From Camelus ferus (lineage: Eukaryota): a DNA stretch of 64,000 nucleotides. This document shows positions 1 through 13,330 of the stretch, piece by piece. The translations under genes were made by a program, and so were the position numbers. The notes beneath the pieces were generated by a model, which had not been told where the DNA came from, did not search any database, and saw nothing but the letters and a program-made list of their open reading frames with translations. How positions within the stretch are numbered: position 1 is the first letter of the stretch; every line of letters starts with the position of its first letter. The stretch covers positions 24,368,001-24,432,000 of the forward strand of contig NC_045696.1 in NCBI RefSeq assembly GCF_009834535.1, written 5' to 3'.

Positions 1-186
1 AGTGATTCTCAGATTTACCGTGCATTGGGATCTCCGGGTGTGTTCATTAAAACACAAATTCCTGGGCCCCACTATCAGGGAGTATTATTCATTATTCCTT
101 TGGTGTGGCTCTGATGACTGCTTTTAGCAAGTAACCCAGCTGATTCTAAATGGAGTAGTTAAGAAACCACACCTCAAAATACTGCC
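1..186. mobile_element. MER5-like hAT-Charlie MITE (window-edge fragment)
   Basis: agtgattctc...aaaacacaaattcctgggcccca...ccagctgattctaa...aaaatactg resembles recalled MER5A/B consensus. Confidence 0.6.
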
Positions 187-716
187 TTGCAATTTCTTAC
201 TTGGGCTTAATACTTAGAACTTCTCATGGTAATATCACATGAACAGCTAGCCGTATTTTCTCGTGTTATCATTCCTCTGTATCTATTTAATTCAGCTGGA
301 ATTTATTTTACTGCATGCTTTATCCCAAAATATTGAACAATTTTCCCTGTAACAATTTATTGAATAACACCTTTCCCCACTAATTTACAATTTCGGCTTC
401 ATATTTACTACAATTTTATAAATATTTGAGTCTTTTGCTGCGCTTGTTTTTTCTGTCCCATTGAATTATCTGTCTATCCCAGACATTATATCTTTTTAAT
501 GTAGCTGTTACTGTGAAAAAAAATGTCCCTTTCCCAATACTCTTCTTACTCAAAACTATTTTGGCAATTCTCACCTATATAATATAAAAAAATCAATTTG
601 TCAAAATCAAATAATTTTTAAAAATTTACTGAGTTGTATTTAATCTATAAAGTAATTTGAGATGTCATATCTGTGCAACATTGTAGCTTCCATTGATTTA
701 TATCTTCTTTTATGGT

Positions 717-965
717 TGCTGTGGTCTGAATGTTTGCATCCCCCCAAAGTTCATATGTTGAAATCCTGACCCCCAAAGCAGGTAGAACTAGTAAGTGTGG
801 CCTTTGGGAGGTACTTACATATGTGGGTGGAGCCCTCATGAATGAGATTAGTGCCTTGTTAAGAGGTCTCAGAGATATCCCTGACCCCTTCCACCAGGTG
901 AGAACACAGCAAGGAGGTGCTGGCTGTGAATCAGGAAGGGATCCCTTACCAGAAAAACATAGTAA
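717..965 (+). mobile_element. MLT1A-like MaLR LTR (3'-truncated)
   Basis: tgctgtggtctgaatgtttgcatccccccaaagttcatatgttgaaatcc...ggagccctcatgaatgagattagtgcc, typical MLT1A 5' half. Confidence 0.8.
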
Positions 966-2091
966 CCATATATGACACTCAGCCACTTACTGGATGGATG
1001 AAGATGGGCCTCATCACTTTAATGTGGTATCGTTTTGGTATTTTAGCAATGAAGATGAATATGAGCAAGTAAAAGAAATGTTTCAATAGCTGTTTAATGA
1101 TCTACCCTTTTTGTTTGTAAAATTCATACTTAGTCTTAGTTTAACTCATTGTTTAGACCCTAGACTTATCAGTTCTCCTAATTTGCATGACTGAAAAAAG
1201 TTACTTTCCTATTTTTATATAAAATGCCATTTTCTGGACACCAAAATAAATAAATACAAAAACACATTTTTCCTGATTGTTCTGAACCTTATTATACTGT
1301 TAAAGTTGTTCCAAAGTAGTAAAAATTTTGTTTAAAGCTTCAAAAGAAAGGAATTTGGGATGATGAAGAGATGTGGATCCCTTCCTGGTGGCCTCAAAGG
1401 CAGACAGTCCTTGCTTTGCTCTTGTTTCCTCTTCTTGGTCTGGTCTGTATCCTTCCCATAGGCATCTTCACCTGAATAGTTTCCTGTCCTTTGCGTGAGG
1501 CCAAAGAGAGAGAGAAAGGCTTATTCCCAAATAGAGGCCCTTTTGGAAGCAACCCTGGGCTGTAGGAGATGCCATGGTCCCAACCAGGCAATGAGAGCAA
1601 TGGGAGGAGGGAAGGAAAAACGTGCCAAATTAGTCAGAGTTTTCAAGATGTTTCCAACTCCCCTTTAGGACCATGGTTCACAAAAATGTATTTCTTGCTC
1701 TTAAGGATATGATGAAAATAAAGGAGGTGACAAGATTTGTTGTAGAACTCTGAGAGAACATTAGCCTTAGGGACATGGGGGAAAGATGAGTTATCTTTGA
1801 AAGGGTCTGAATATGACTGAGTTTGGTCTGCTGCAGAGAAAGATAGTGAATTGGTTGGCCCACGGATCTTCGGAGAGAGATTGAAACCACAGATGTGAAC
1901 TCCAGAGGCCCTAACATTTTGGCGATGGCTGAGACTGTAGGATTGTTTGAGGTCCCTCAGGGAACATCAAAATGTGAGGGACAATGAGGAGTCCCATGAG
2001 ACGTGTATCGGGTCTCCTGGAATAAGATGGTGTGTTAGGACCTGTGGACAAGGGCATTTTAGGTGAAGACTAATGACTTGATCAAAGCATC

Positions 2092-2318
2092 TGTATTCAT
2101 TTTCAGGGGCTGACATAACAAAACAATAGAAATTAATTATCTCACAGGTCTGGAGGCTGGAAACCTGGAATCAAGGTGTCGTCAGGGCCATGCTCCCTCT
2201 GCAACCTGTAGGCGGACCCTTTCTTGATTCTTCCTAGCCTCTGGTGGTTCGCTGGCAATCTTTGGTGTTCCTTGGCTTGTAGCTATATAATTCAATTGTC
2301 ACGTATCATTCTCCCTAT
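2092..2318 (-). mobile_element. MLT1C/B-like MaLR LTR fragment followed by (TA)n
   Basis: tgtattcattttcaggggctgacataacaaa...tctggaggctggaaacctggaatcaaggtgtcgtcagggccatgctccctctg. Confidence 0.75.
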
Positions 2319-3566
2319 TAATATATATATATATATATAATTATTAAAATTTTAGTAAATTTCGATTTTTTTAATTAATATAAGCTCCTAAGCTATTCCA
2401 AGCAGTATTAAAGTATTGATATTGACATAGGTTTATTAGATTCTCGTTATTTAGACTTACATACAAGCATATAACTGCATGTATGTAAATATAAAACTTT
2501 TCCTATCCTTTGTACTGTTTCCCAAGATTCTTAATATTACACAGTTACTAAATCAAGCAATGCTATCAGAAGATGGAGGTCTGCAATGAGAAAGGCATTT
2601 TATAGTTTATAACCTAATATATCTATTTTTCTTCAGAGTTTAGAAAACTATTTGTTTTTCTGTGATTAAGTAAAAAGCTGTTTTACTAAGTCTATTTTTC
2701 TTCAAAATTCTCCAGTATAATGAAGACCTCTGAAAAGTTTAAGATTTTCCCTGCCAAACATACTGCCTATATTTAAATATTTGTGAGTATATACAGTATA
2801 TATGCTCCCTAAAATGCAAATAGAATGTATTTTATTATTTATTAATACATATTCTGATTAACTAAACAGATATTAAAACTGTACATCACTTTAAGTTTGT
2901 TTGATTCAAAGTAGTATGTGGTTTTGGTGATAACTTGCATATAAAAACATGTAAAAATGTGATCTTATTTCCTTCTCATAATCTCTCCTCGGGCAAGTAA
3001 ACAGGAACCATTTAAAGACGCACCTAGTGCTTCTCAAGGGTTACTTCACTGGCTCAGTCCAGCTCTCCAATGTGCTGGCATTTTTCCTTTTAAGGACAGT
3101 GAAGTCCTGTTCTGTGAGGCCACGGTGTCATGCACAGGGAAGCCACGGCCAGGATGAGGCAAGCCATCCCCTGGCCAGGTTCAATATTGCCCCCGTCAGG
3201 AGCATCTTGGCAATGGAAAGGTTTCAATGACTGCCCAGCAGTTTAAAGAGCAGGGATGCAGTGAGGCCAGAGAAAGAACTTCTATTTTCATTCACAAATT
3301 AACAAAACAACAAAAATAAGAGAGAAATCACTATTCTCTATCTAAACTGGAAGTCCAAACAATCCTCCCTGATTTAATGTGCAGATTCTGGCTTCACCCC
3401 CACATTCTTCTTTGATGTCCTTCCCACAGGGTCATGAGGCACCTTCTGTTACAGCGTGTGCCGCCTGCAGGGATTTTCCAACCGTCTTGTGACTCTTGGG
3501 CAACCTTGCCTTTTCGTTTGGCTTTGAGCTGAGCAGGCTATGGTCTTTTAGGTTTAGCTTAAGGAA

Positions 3567-3582
3567 GCTGCCCCCTACTGGG
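3567..3582 (-). promoter_or_regulatory. CTCF-consensus motif (reverse orientation)
   Basis: Minus strand reads CCCAGTAGGGGGCAGC, matching CCASYAGRKGGCRS; binding not shown. Confidence 0.5.
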
Positions 3583-4952
3583 CTTCAGTTGGTGGGAGAA
3601 CTCCCAAACTTGGGAAGAGTGGCTGCTGTACTCGGCTGTTGAATGACCCCTGGACTTTGGAACCTTCTGAATGACAGAGTTGCTTACCCTCTTGTTATCA
3701 ATCTGAAAACCTAGTCAAGCAGTACATTTCCAATCTCCTGACTGTCTCATGACCAACCTGTAGGTATCAGGCAACGCTTAGTCCAGAAGGACTGTCATAA
3801 AGTTGTTGACTGGACTCCGTCGCAGAAAAAGTTCAGCATGTCCTGGCAACCTGATGCTTACAGCACCGACTCTGAGAGGTCAAGGGTATGAGGCAGAATA
3901 GGAACGCTCTTAAAACTGACTCGAACTGGGCTGTGAGTAGCCGGCTTATCCCTGGTCTAACAGAGGGCATGTCAAATGGCCCGGCTAGGCATTTCTTCAA
4001 AGTCACTGACAGCAGGTATGAGGAAGGGGTCAGTCAAGTAAGAGAAAGCCTAGACAAAGGTCACATCAATGCCAAAGAAACTGTCAATCTCTCTGCACAT
4101 CTCACACATGCCCAGACATCGCACTCAGCAGATACCGGAGCAAAATGAAGATAAATGTTACATGTAGTTTGTTCTGATACAACTGTCACTGTTATAGGGC
4201 AGAAGCTCTCAGTGAGGATACTTCTGTTTCATTAATCACATTCTTTCGAAAATGTAACTAAATGTAAGTGATGACATTTCTACTGCTACTTTTGCCTTAC
4301 AAATAGGCTTTGAGTATTTAATTATACATGATAGATGTTAATATTTCTGGGTTGGACGTGAGAAAGGCTATTCTAGTATGCGATGTAGTAAAATATTTGT
4401 TTTATAGAAAGAGAGAAATTCTCGATCATTTTAATTTACATTCCTGTGCAACTTGGGTCATGCTGCCCTAAGGAGCTCTATTTTCTAAAGAATAAGTCTA
4501 TGGAGTGACTTCATCCTAGATGCAGGTTACCGCATGAAACAAACACAGCCCGGGGACTTTTGCTATGCACAGTACTCTTATTCTCTAGAACAAGACAAAA
4601 GGCAGTTATTATAAGTAATTTTGAATAAAACTCTGATTTATTATTTTATTTGTAAAGACCTCCATGAGTTGAGATAATTAACACAAAGTTTTTTTTTTTT
4701 TTTTTTGCTCTGATAAGGTATAAATAACAAAAAGAAATGTACTAGTGGTATAGTTTCAAATGCAACTTTAAAATTAGAAATATATGTATTAGACTAATTT
4801 TTTTTATGATCAAGGAAAGACAAGTTACCAAATTGCCTTCAGGACTTTATGTTGCTATGTGTGCATTTATTTCAATTAAAGAGAGAGATGATACAGCAAA
4901 AATAATGACGGAAAGTTAAATTCTGTCTTAAATAAAAATTAGGAAAGAGATC

Positions 4953-5050
4953 TTTTTTTCTTCCTTCCTTTTTTCCTTCCTTCTTTCCTTCCTTCCTGTC
5001 TCCCCCTCCCCTCCTTTTCTTTTCTTTCTTTCTTCTTCTTTTTTGTTTTT
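4953..5050. repeat. Pyrimidine-rich low-complexity / (TTCC)n tract
   Basis: ttccttcctt ttttccttcc ttctttcctt ccttcc... seen directly. Confidence 0.85.
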
Positions 5051-5074
5051 GAATAAATAGGGTAGACATGACAG

Positions 5075-5092
5075 TGGCCAGCAGGGGGCTTC
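5075..5092 (+). promoter_or_regulatory. CTCF-consensus motif (forward orientation)
   Basis: TGGCCAGCAGGGGGCTTC vs consensus TGGCCASYAGRKGGCRS; binding not shown. Confidence 0.45.
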
Positions 5093-7506
5093 TTTTAGTT
5101 TTCTCCTTTAAACCCTAAGCTGAAAATATCTTTTACTCTTTAGCTTTTAAAATAAGAAATAAAATCTAAACAAAACATGCTCTTCTTCTCTTCAGTTTAT
5201 TCTCCTCTCTTACTTCCTTTCTCACCACTCTTCTCTCTCCAGACCTGTAACACGTGCCCCTGCTGCCTGGGTTGACCACTTCTGCTTCTGCCCCGACCCC
5301 AGCTTAAATTCCGTCTTTGAAAACTGCCTGGTGAGGTGGGAGGATTTGGATGACACGCTTCCCACCAAATGTAAATTAAAATTAAATCAAGAGCAAAGAA
5401 GTATATATTGGTTTGATGATTTAAATGGTAGTTACAGAAACCTGGTTTCACCCTGAACCATTTGAGAAGGACTTTCTGAAATGACAGGCTTGAATAGTAG
5501 TAGAAAAGTTAATGAATGGCCATATAATGTGACATTTTTAAAAAGTATTATGTTTTCTCAGGGATCTGAGATTGTGAAAGGCCTCCAGAACCAACTGGCA
5601 GATTCTGACCCATCTTGGAACATAGCTCCAAACCATCCCGCCGTCCTGTTTGATTGGCATCAAGTTTTACCTTTTCTTTACCTTTTTGGGGCCAATTTCA
5701 TAAGTGTAATCTCAATAACTCTAACAACAGTGCATAACAATTCACCGGATAGTGAATTGGAAGGCAACATTGTGGCATTTTGTGTCATCCGAGTGATATC
5801 TGAAGGTAAATTGAAACTAACCTCATACAATTTTTCAAATAAAAATTGGATCCTGACAGAGGAGGCAAGCAAGATATCTACAGGGATTCTGAGGTCAGTA
5901 ATTCCAGGTTCAATACCCGATACACAAAATTATGTTAGGATTTTGTTTTAACTTTGAGAAAATGAAACTTCGATGGTCAGGGTGATATAGATGATACAGA
6001 ACAGACTGACTTAGAGTCATGTTTCCCAAGCTGGGATGTGTGGCCGTGGGACATAGGTCACTGAGACTCCAGGATGAGTCTGTAGCTTCCTCCTACTGTG
6101 CCTGTTTATATGAGGATTTAGAATAAAAAAAAGATAAGTAATTTAACTGTCAAAATTTTCAAATACTTTCATGCTAATCTAATAGTACCATGTTATGAAG
6201 TAGAATATAAAATTCAAATGATTTGTTTAAGATAAAATATGAATCTTCAAGAAATTTTGAACATGCAAAGGCTCACTATAGATTGACCATTCCCTTTTTT
6301 CCCCACTGTGACCCCCAGGATATTAATTAGATAAATGAAGCTAAACTGTGAGATTTCTCATCCTGTCAAATTGCTTGATTTGGTTAACTTTTCTCATCTT
6401 GGTTGTTGCTTCAGTTAACTTTTCAGGCATCAATAAAATTGGTCACAGCTTTTCACCCAATCAAGAGATTTTTAGAAAATTAGGAGTATAGAGTTGAACA
6501 TTGGCTTACACCATTTGCACGGGTAAAGTGTAAACGCCACTGTAAGTGTGTAAGTCTTGGGATCTACCTGAGAGGAAGAGAAGAGAGAGGGGTTGGAAGC
6601 AGAGATATCACAACTATTACTAAAACATAACTGTGATTTATATGTGCTTGCGTGGCTTTGTCCTCTACCATACCTTAGTTCTCAGGGTTAGCCTTCAAAA
6701 CAGGGAAGACATGCATTTTTATTACTGGATGATTTAACCAGTGGCCAAGATTTTGACTTATAACCTTAGATTTTAAGACTGTCTGTGGGTATAATTTGAG
6801 CCTGAAATTTAATGGATTCCCTCTCTGGCCCTAAACGAAGGGTCAATAAGGGAAGACTTCTTTTATCTAGTTGTGGTTTAAAACAATTCCTGGGAATGAC
6901 TTAGCAGTGCTACGTACTTGGTCCAAATTACTCTTCAGTATCTATCAGTACAACTTTCCCCAGGAAAAGATGCCTTTTGATACTGTAAAGGAGCCTCTGA
7001 TGAACATTAAAGGAAATGTGCAAAAATAAAACTCCTAATGGCCTTTCTTTTAAAAAAAAATGCTCTATCACTTTCCCCTTTTTAAAATTTATTTTTCTTC
7101 TGTGGATGGGAATAAGAAATGAAAGTTAATGTATGAAGTCATGCATTCATTGAGCTTGGTTATCCTTTGAATTTTTCTTGTCTGGTTATTATATTGTTTT
7201 GAAAACCTTTGATAGAAAAATATTAAGAGGAACATGAATAAAAGTTAGATCAGTCAGTTGTATGGCACAAACTTTTAATTAAAATATGTCTAACTTTTTT
7301 CATGTATACGTTATTTGTATGCAATCATATAGAGCCTTATTGTCACCGAAGAAGTAGCTGGTTCTCTTTCTTCTGTGTTCTCTCTTCACTCTCAGTATAT
7401 TTCCCAGAATTCTGTGCTGGGAACCTCTTTAAAAAATATAAAATCTCCAATCCTATACTCAATCAATTTTATCCTGAAAAAAAAACCTTAGAGATTATGA
7501 TAAATT

Positions 7507-7951
7507 GATTCTATTAATGGCTCCAATTTTCCATGAACAAACGTTCCATGCCCTTTGGTAGCAACTTTCCACCCTGATTCTAACTTGGCTTTGTGACTTG
7601 TTTGGCCAATGGGCTTAACAGCCAATTTGATGCAAGCAGAAACTTGAAACACCCTTCTGCATTTCTGCTCCCTTTTGTGAACCCCCGCCACTGCCATTAA
7701 AACATGCCTGGCTAGCCTGCAGGAGAGACAGACGAGGAGTTCAATGAAAGATCAAGGAAGGACAACTGAGTTATCCCAGTGATACCATCAAGATCAGCTA
7801 AACACAACTGACCAGTTAGCTGACAGTAAACACAAGAGTGAACCTCACTGAGATCAGCCAACCCATTGGTTGAAAGAAAGAAAGAAATGGCTGCTGTCTT
7901 CAGCCATTAAGTTTGAGGTAGTTTGTTATGCAGCAATAGCAGATTGATGCA
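7507..7951 (+). mobile_element. Old MLT1 (G/H-like) MaLR LTR
   Basis: ttggctttgtgacttgttttggccaatggg... and 3' end cagccattaagtttgaggtagtttgttatgcagcaatagcagattgatgca. Confidence 0.75.
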
Positions 7952-9879
7952 GAATGTCTCATTTGAGACTTCCCATTTCAGAGGTGAGAAAACTGAGACT
8001 GGGATTTACATTTTCCCCAACTTTATAAAACTACTAACCTCCTCAGATTTTAGAGTTGAGAATTCTAGTCCTCATTTGTGTAAAAGCCCAAACACCCTAA
8101 TTCTAACTAATCATATCTTACCAGATACTTCCAGACAGCACAGTAAACAATGTTGCCTGGAATCATTTTGGTTAGTATTATATTTCAGATTAAAGATTTT
8201 GTCAAGGATAAACTATATATTGCATTGCAGAAATTCTCAGTCATGTGAATTTATTCTCTTGTGCAATGAGAAAGCTTCATTTAGTGTGCTGAATTTGTAG
8301 TTGCATATGATGCTTAAGGGGTTTGTGAAGCACATTACAACTGTCTTCTAGAGACTGGACTAGTTTCCAACTGATTTCAAGTTGCAATTCAAAAGATTGT
8401 CTTTCCTGTATAACAACTACATTGTTTTAATTCTTGACTTACTAGAAATAATTGGAAATAAAATCTTAAACTTTGGAATTGGAGGAAATGTTACTCTGGA
8501 CTATACAGAAGGGCAACATCATATGAGTCAGGAGTTTCAACTATAACTCAAGCTTTTGGATCTAAAATATAGAGCTTTTTACTATATTATACCTTTCTTA
8601 TGGCAATTGTGTTTGGATTGAAAAGTGTAGATTCAGATTGTCTTCTCTTCTAATAGTTTGATATTTAATAGGATTTCCTTTTATTAAGCATGTATCTTAT
8701 TTTCTTTATTTTAATCTAAATGATTAATAATTACATCAATTATTTTTCTTTTTGGTCTTGGATATAGGAGATAGGATTAATAATACTTAAATGAGTATTT
8801 CTTTCTTCTGATGCTGACTTGCCTTTAAGGACCAGGTTTTCAAAACATATAGCACTGGAAGTAATTCACTCTGATTTTCATTTATTTATAAAGTGTGCAC
8901 TTCCGTGCCAATATTATAGTGTCATTAGTTGGCCATAATAAATCTATATTTATGTTATGAAATAAATTGATTTTTTTAGTCTTCTCCCCTACCAGCCTAG
9001 GTTATTCTTTATGTCTGTGACAAGGTTCAAACGATTTAAAGGGAAAATATGTTTAAAAAAATAGTTTGGGGAAAAAGATATGCCTAAAATTTTAAAGATC
9101 TACACTTGAGGATTTTTGGTGAAAATTGGAGATAATGTACATCAAAAGCACATGGTAAATTATAGGCATTCAATAGATAATAATAGAAACTGTGGTTGTT
9201 CTCTGCCAGAAATCAGGATGCAAAGATGAAACGTGCATAACTCCTACCTACAAATAACAGAAGGGGGAGCAAATAAGCACAATGCAGAGTACAGGTCTGA
9301 GCAAGCGATGGATCACAGAGAAGGAAGGGGTTCGGTCTTTGGGAGGGTCATAAAAAGGTTCACATGCTAGTGACATTTGAGATGGTTCAGAAAAAGTGAA
9401 TTAGGTCTCTGAGAGAGGAGACGTAGGAGCAATATGTGTAGTTACAGTAAGTATGAAAGAGCACCGAACACACAAGAACTTCAAGTAATCCGGTTTCTCT
9501 AGAGCACTGGGCTTCCCCAGACTCTCTCTCTTTCACCATCCTGCTCTTCAAGATTCAGGTATGGCCTCGTTTTGTCTCTGAATATTCTCCTAATATGTAT
9601 CACTCAGAAGAATTACCTACTCCTTCTCTCATGCTCCTCCTGTGCTGAATATATACCTTAAACACATAGTCTCTACCACTTTTTCAAACTTTAAAAAATT
9701 TTACTTGTCTTTCTTCACTACTAGGTTGTAAATTTTACAAGTTCATTGACTAGTCGTATTAGTCATTATATGTAAAAAAATTAAGTAATTATAATAAATT
9801 TTTGAATAAATGAATTGTGGGGCAATGGCAGGAGAATAGAAGAAGTCTGAGTTTACTAAGCTAAGGATTTTGCATTTTT

Positions 9880-10870
9880 TTTCCTATGGGTAACAGAGAG
9901 GCATGTCAGGGAGAGGGATGATTTGAGGAACCAAAAGAATGAATTTTAGGGCATCATAATTATCCAAGACAAGTTCTAAGGGAAAATGGTGCAGATTGAA
10001 GGGAAGAGACATATTCAAGACATATTTATGACTTAGAATGGACAAATCTAGGGAGCTGTTTGGTTATGGGCATAAGAATTCCTAGTAGATGAGAATATGT
10101 GGATATATGGTCCATACTGAACATATTGAGTCTGAAGTTTCTATGGAGCTTCTGTCAAGAATCAGTTGTAAATATTTTATAGAAAGTCAGGAGAGTGGCT
10201 AGAGTTGGGGAGAAATATTTGGGATCACAGGTGAAATTAAAACTGTAAAGATGGTTGAGATCACCAAGAAAGGCATGCAGACTGAGAAGAGAAGGTGGTC
10301 AAGCAAAGAACCATGAGAAGCATGAATACTTAAGGGGTGAAAGGAGAAAAGAAAGCCAGAAGCACAGATTGGGAAATGAAGGTCAGGATTTTGTGTAATC
10401 AAAGGTAAGTGAGTTTTAGAAAGGTGGGTGTCATTAAACAAAAATAACAAAGAAATAAAATATGACTTTTGACCAGAGACTTCTGAAACTAACAACTAAG
10501 AAGTTTGTGATGATCTTTATTGCCACATTTTCTTTTTTTTGGTAGTTATAAAGCAGAAACCAGATTAAAATGTTTGAATAGAGGCTTGTGCAGAGAAGGA
10601 GGATTCTGCCTACAGACTCTTCTTTAGACAATACTTTGACCTGAAAGATAAAAATATGGTAGTCATTAAAAGATCAAGCAGGCCAAGTGTGGATCATTTT
10701 AGTATGTGAGAGACTTGACCATAATTATGGCCTGAGAGAAAAAGCCAGTGTAGAACAAGTGATTGAAAATACAAGATAAATATAGGATTATTGATGGAGC
10801 AAGTGTTACGAGGCAATAGAGCAGGACAAGTAGGAAGTGTGATGACAGAGCTTGAACTCCTCCACACTGT
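9880..10870 (-). mobile_element. L2 LINE fragment(s)
   Basis: Purine-rich degenerate L2 motifs (gaacatattgagtctgaag, gatggttgagatcaccaag, gtgggtgtcattaaac); boundaries approximate. Confidence 0.55.
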
Positions 10871-11129
10871 TAAAAGAGTGGGGAAGAGAATTGTACAGTC
10901 AACATTTTTTATGAAGTGGTCATAAAATAGGGACTCTGTCAGTGACTATTTAGGGCATTTATTTGGAAACATATCTCATTTGTTCAGTAAACACTTACTG
11001 AGGATGTGCTGTGTGACTAGCGCTGGGTTGGATGTTTTCACGTTTACACCGTCATTTAATCTGAAGATACATTTTTGATCCCAAAGAGAGGCTTAACACT
11101 GAGGCTGGAAAGCAAATGTAGGGGTAAAC

Positions 11130-12417
11130 TTTGGAGGAAAGCACCTTAGAATTTTTTTCAAATTGCACCACTCGGAGCTACTTCTTGGCTTATCGGTGAG
11201 ATGGTCTGTCTTCCAACCTTATGAGATGGCACACCCAGTGGGATTTGCACCTGTGTAGATGTGGTAGTGGTGCCTTTGGGATGTTTGTATAAATCATTTG
11301 TATCTTTAGGATATATTTCCTCCTCTGAGTACATAGTTCTATTTTAGCCCAATTAACATTTGTAGGGGAGACATAAAATAGCTCCTATCAAGCCCTGAAT
11401 ATCAGGCTCCAATTAGGCCAACTTATGGTCGTTTATAGAAAGGCCTGGAAAAGGGTCTGACCATTTGTTATCTCAGCAGGGAGGATTTTTTGCCAGGGGT
11501 CATCTGGCTTGTTGCATAAGTACAGTGTAACTATGAATGGAAGGGTTTATTGTGGATTTGGATTTGAATTTTTGTTCTATATCTGATTTCTGCTCTTTAA
11601 TATTGTCAAGGTAGTGTTTGAGGCTAGCCATGATACTTTTGTCCTTCATTCAATTTGATCCTCCCATAGGTACCAATTGGACATTTATTTAGCATGAGAG
11701 CTCTCTGCTCTCTGCAAAATCCTTTTAAATATGAAAGCTTTTCCAAATCAAAGGATGTGTCATCTGGCCATTGTTGATTTAGGGTCTCCAAAGGTACAAC
11801 TGTTCCAAAATGTTACTGAAAACCAGTAAGATTAACCATGGACCCAAAGGTATCTGCTAAGAGGATGCAAAAGATGTAGCCCCCATGATCCAAAGTCACT
11901 TCCCAAAGATAGCCCTAGAGAAGGAAGAGACTTAGAGAAACTCGAGAGCTGGCAATGGTCTGTAGGACACCAACTGCAAATGGGATGCCCAGGTTACCTA
12001 CATTTCTTTCCAGCCAACTACAAATTCTCAGGGCTTCCCAGTCTGATGGTGACCACCTTATGCCATAGATTCAGCAGGTGGAAAACTAGACAGAATGCTC
12101 TCGCTAGATGCAAGCCAAGCTCTCAGGACAAAATGAGGCAAACAGAACACAACAGCTCTCTCCAGGAGGAAAAGGATCTATAACAAGAGTACTCAAACCA
12201 AAAGCAAAATACCCAAAGAACTAGTCCTCCAACTCTTTTCTCCTGCTAATCTAAATTTTGGAAAGAAAAGACAAGGAGAGGCTCTTACTACCCTTGCTTG
12301 ACTGGACCCTGAGCAGAGATCCAGGAGTCTGACTGGTAAGAAAATATATCTTTTCCAGCTGGGTCAGAGGTCCCAAGATCTTAGCTGCAGCCTCCAGAGT
12401 GTTGATGCGTCCCAACC
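11130..12417 (-). mobile_element. ERV1-class internal region (leader and decayed gag)
   Basis: Directly follows PBS and LTR on the minus strand; minus strand near 11.70-11.80 kb reads QQWPDDTSFDLEKLSYLKG, like a gammaretroviral/MER4-group matrix motif; left boundary approximate. Confidence 0.6.
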
Positions 12418-12435
12418 ATCCCATCCTCATCACCA
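12418..12435 (-). other. Retroviral primer-binding site, tRNA-Ser(GCU)
   Basis: Plus strand ATCCCATCCTCATCACCA vs recalled tRNA-Ser(GCU) 3' end ATCCCATCCTCGTCGCCA: 16/18, both mismatches at CpG; adjacent to LTR end. Confidence 0.75.
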
Positions 12436-12439
12436 GACT

Positions 12440-12996
12440 TTTGGGGAGGAAAAACTTTTCCTCTGCCCATGTCTATTAATGGACCGGGGGTCAGCAAATT
12501 AAAATGACAAAAAAGACAAATTAGCATGGGAAAAAAGTAAGTTTACTTTCATGAATATGGGAGCACAGAAATGAAGAGGCTCATTAAACAGCTTAAATTA
12601 GGGGCTTAGACATCTAACTTAAAAGTGGAAAAGGAGGGGCAAGAAAAGGAGGGGCAAGAAAAGGGTTCTGGGAAAAATAGGTTTCTTTAAGAAAAAAACA
12701 AATGGGTTCTTAGTGGAACAAGCAGGAGATAAAGTTTGTAATAATGTTTGTTTATACAGGTGCAAATGGTCTTTTTCCATCTTCTTTATGGCCATAAAAA
12801 TCCCCTGGAGAAGGGATTTATGCCAGTTGAATTCTTTTAGGAGGCTCTGCCTTAAGGCAGATAAGAGGGGTTCCGAAGAAAGGTTCTTCACAGAGGTTTG
12901 TTCTGAATCTCTTTCCGTAGTTCCACTGCAACTTTCACGTGAACTTCCATGACTGTCCTGCTCCATAATGCAAGACATCATTCCTGAAGCCTCACA
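12440..12996 (-). mobile_element. ERV1-class LTR (MER89/MER67-like), 5' LTR of the provirus
   Basis: ggggaggaaaaacttttcctct...aaattaaaatgacaaaaaagacaaattagc...cctgaagcctcaca (TG start on minus strand); contains a 15-bp tandem duplication aaaaggaggggcaag. Confidence 0.7.
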
Positions 12997-13139
12997 CCTA
13001 ATGACAGTGAGGCCTCATGTATCACTTATAGCACATAGTGTCAATTTTTTAAACCACTAGATAGTTGAACTGGTTAGGTTTTTTAACTTATATTTATTTA
13101 TTTTTAAACCATTATTTACTGTAGGAAAAACATGAAAGA

Positions 13140-13330
13140 CACCAGAAACCCTGGTTTACATTCTTGTTTTTCATAAAGTTGTATATTCTAGAGTCTTTTC
13201 TTTGAAATGTATTTATTTTTTCTCATGTAAAATGAGGATAATAGTACTATTGATGGATGATAAAGAGATTAAAAAAGAATGAAAGAACTTCGCATAGTGC
13301 TTGGTACATAGTAGGGCTTCATTAAATTTC
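13140..13330 (+). mobile_element. MIR SINE
   Basis: ctcatgtaaaatgaggataatagtac...gcatagtgcttggtacatagtagggcttcattaaat core. Confidence 0.65.

Noticed and set aside
3888..4148. 86-aa ATG ORF in unique sequence
   Set aside because: No recognisable homology, promoter or splice context; length expected by chance.
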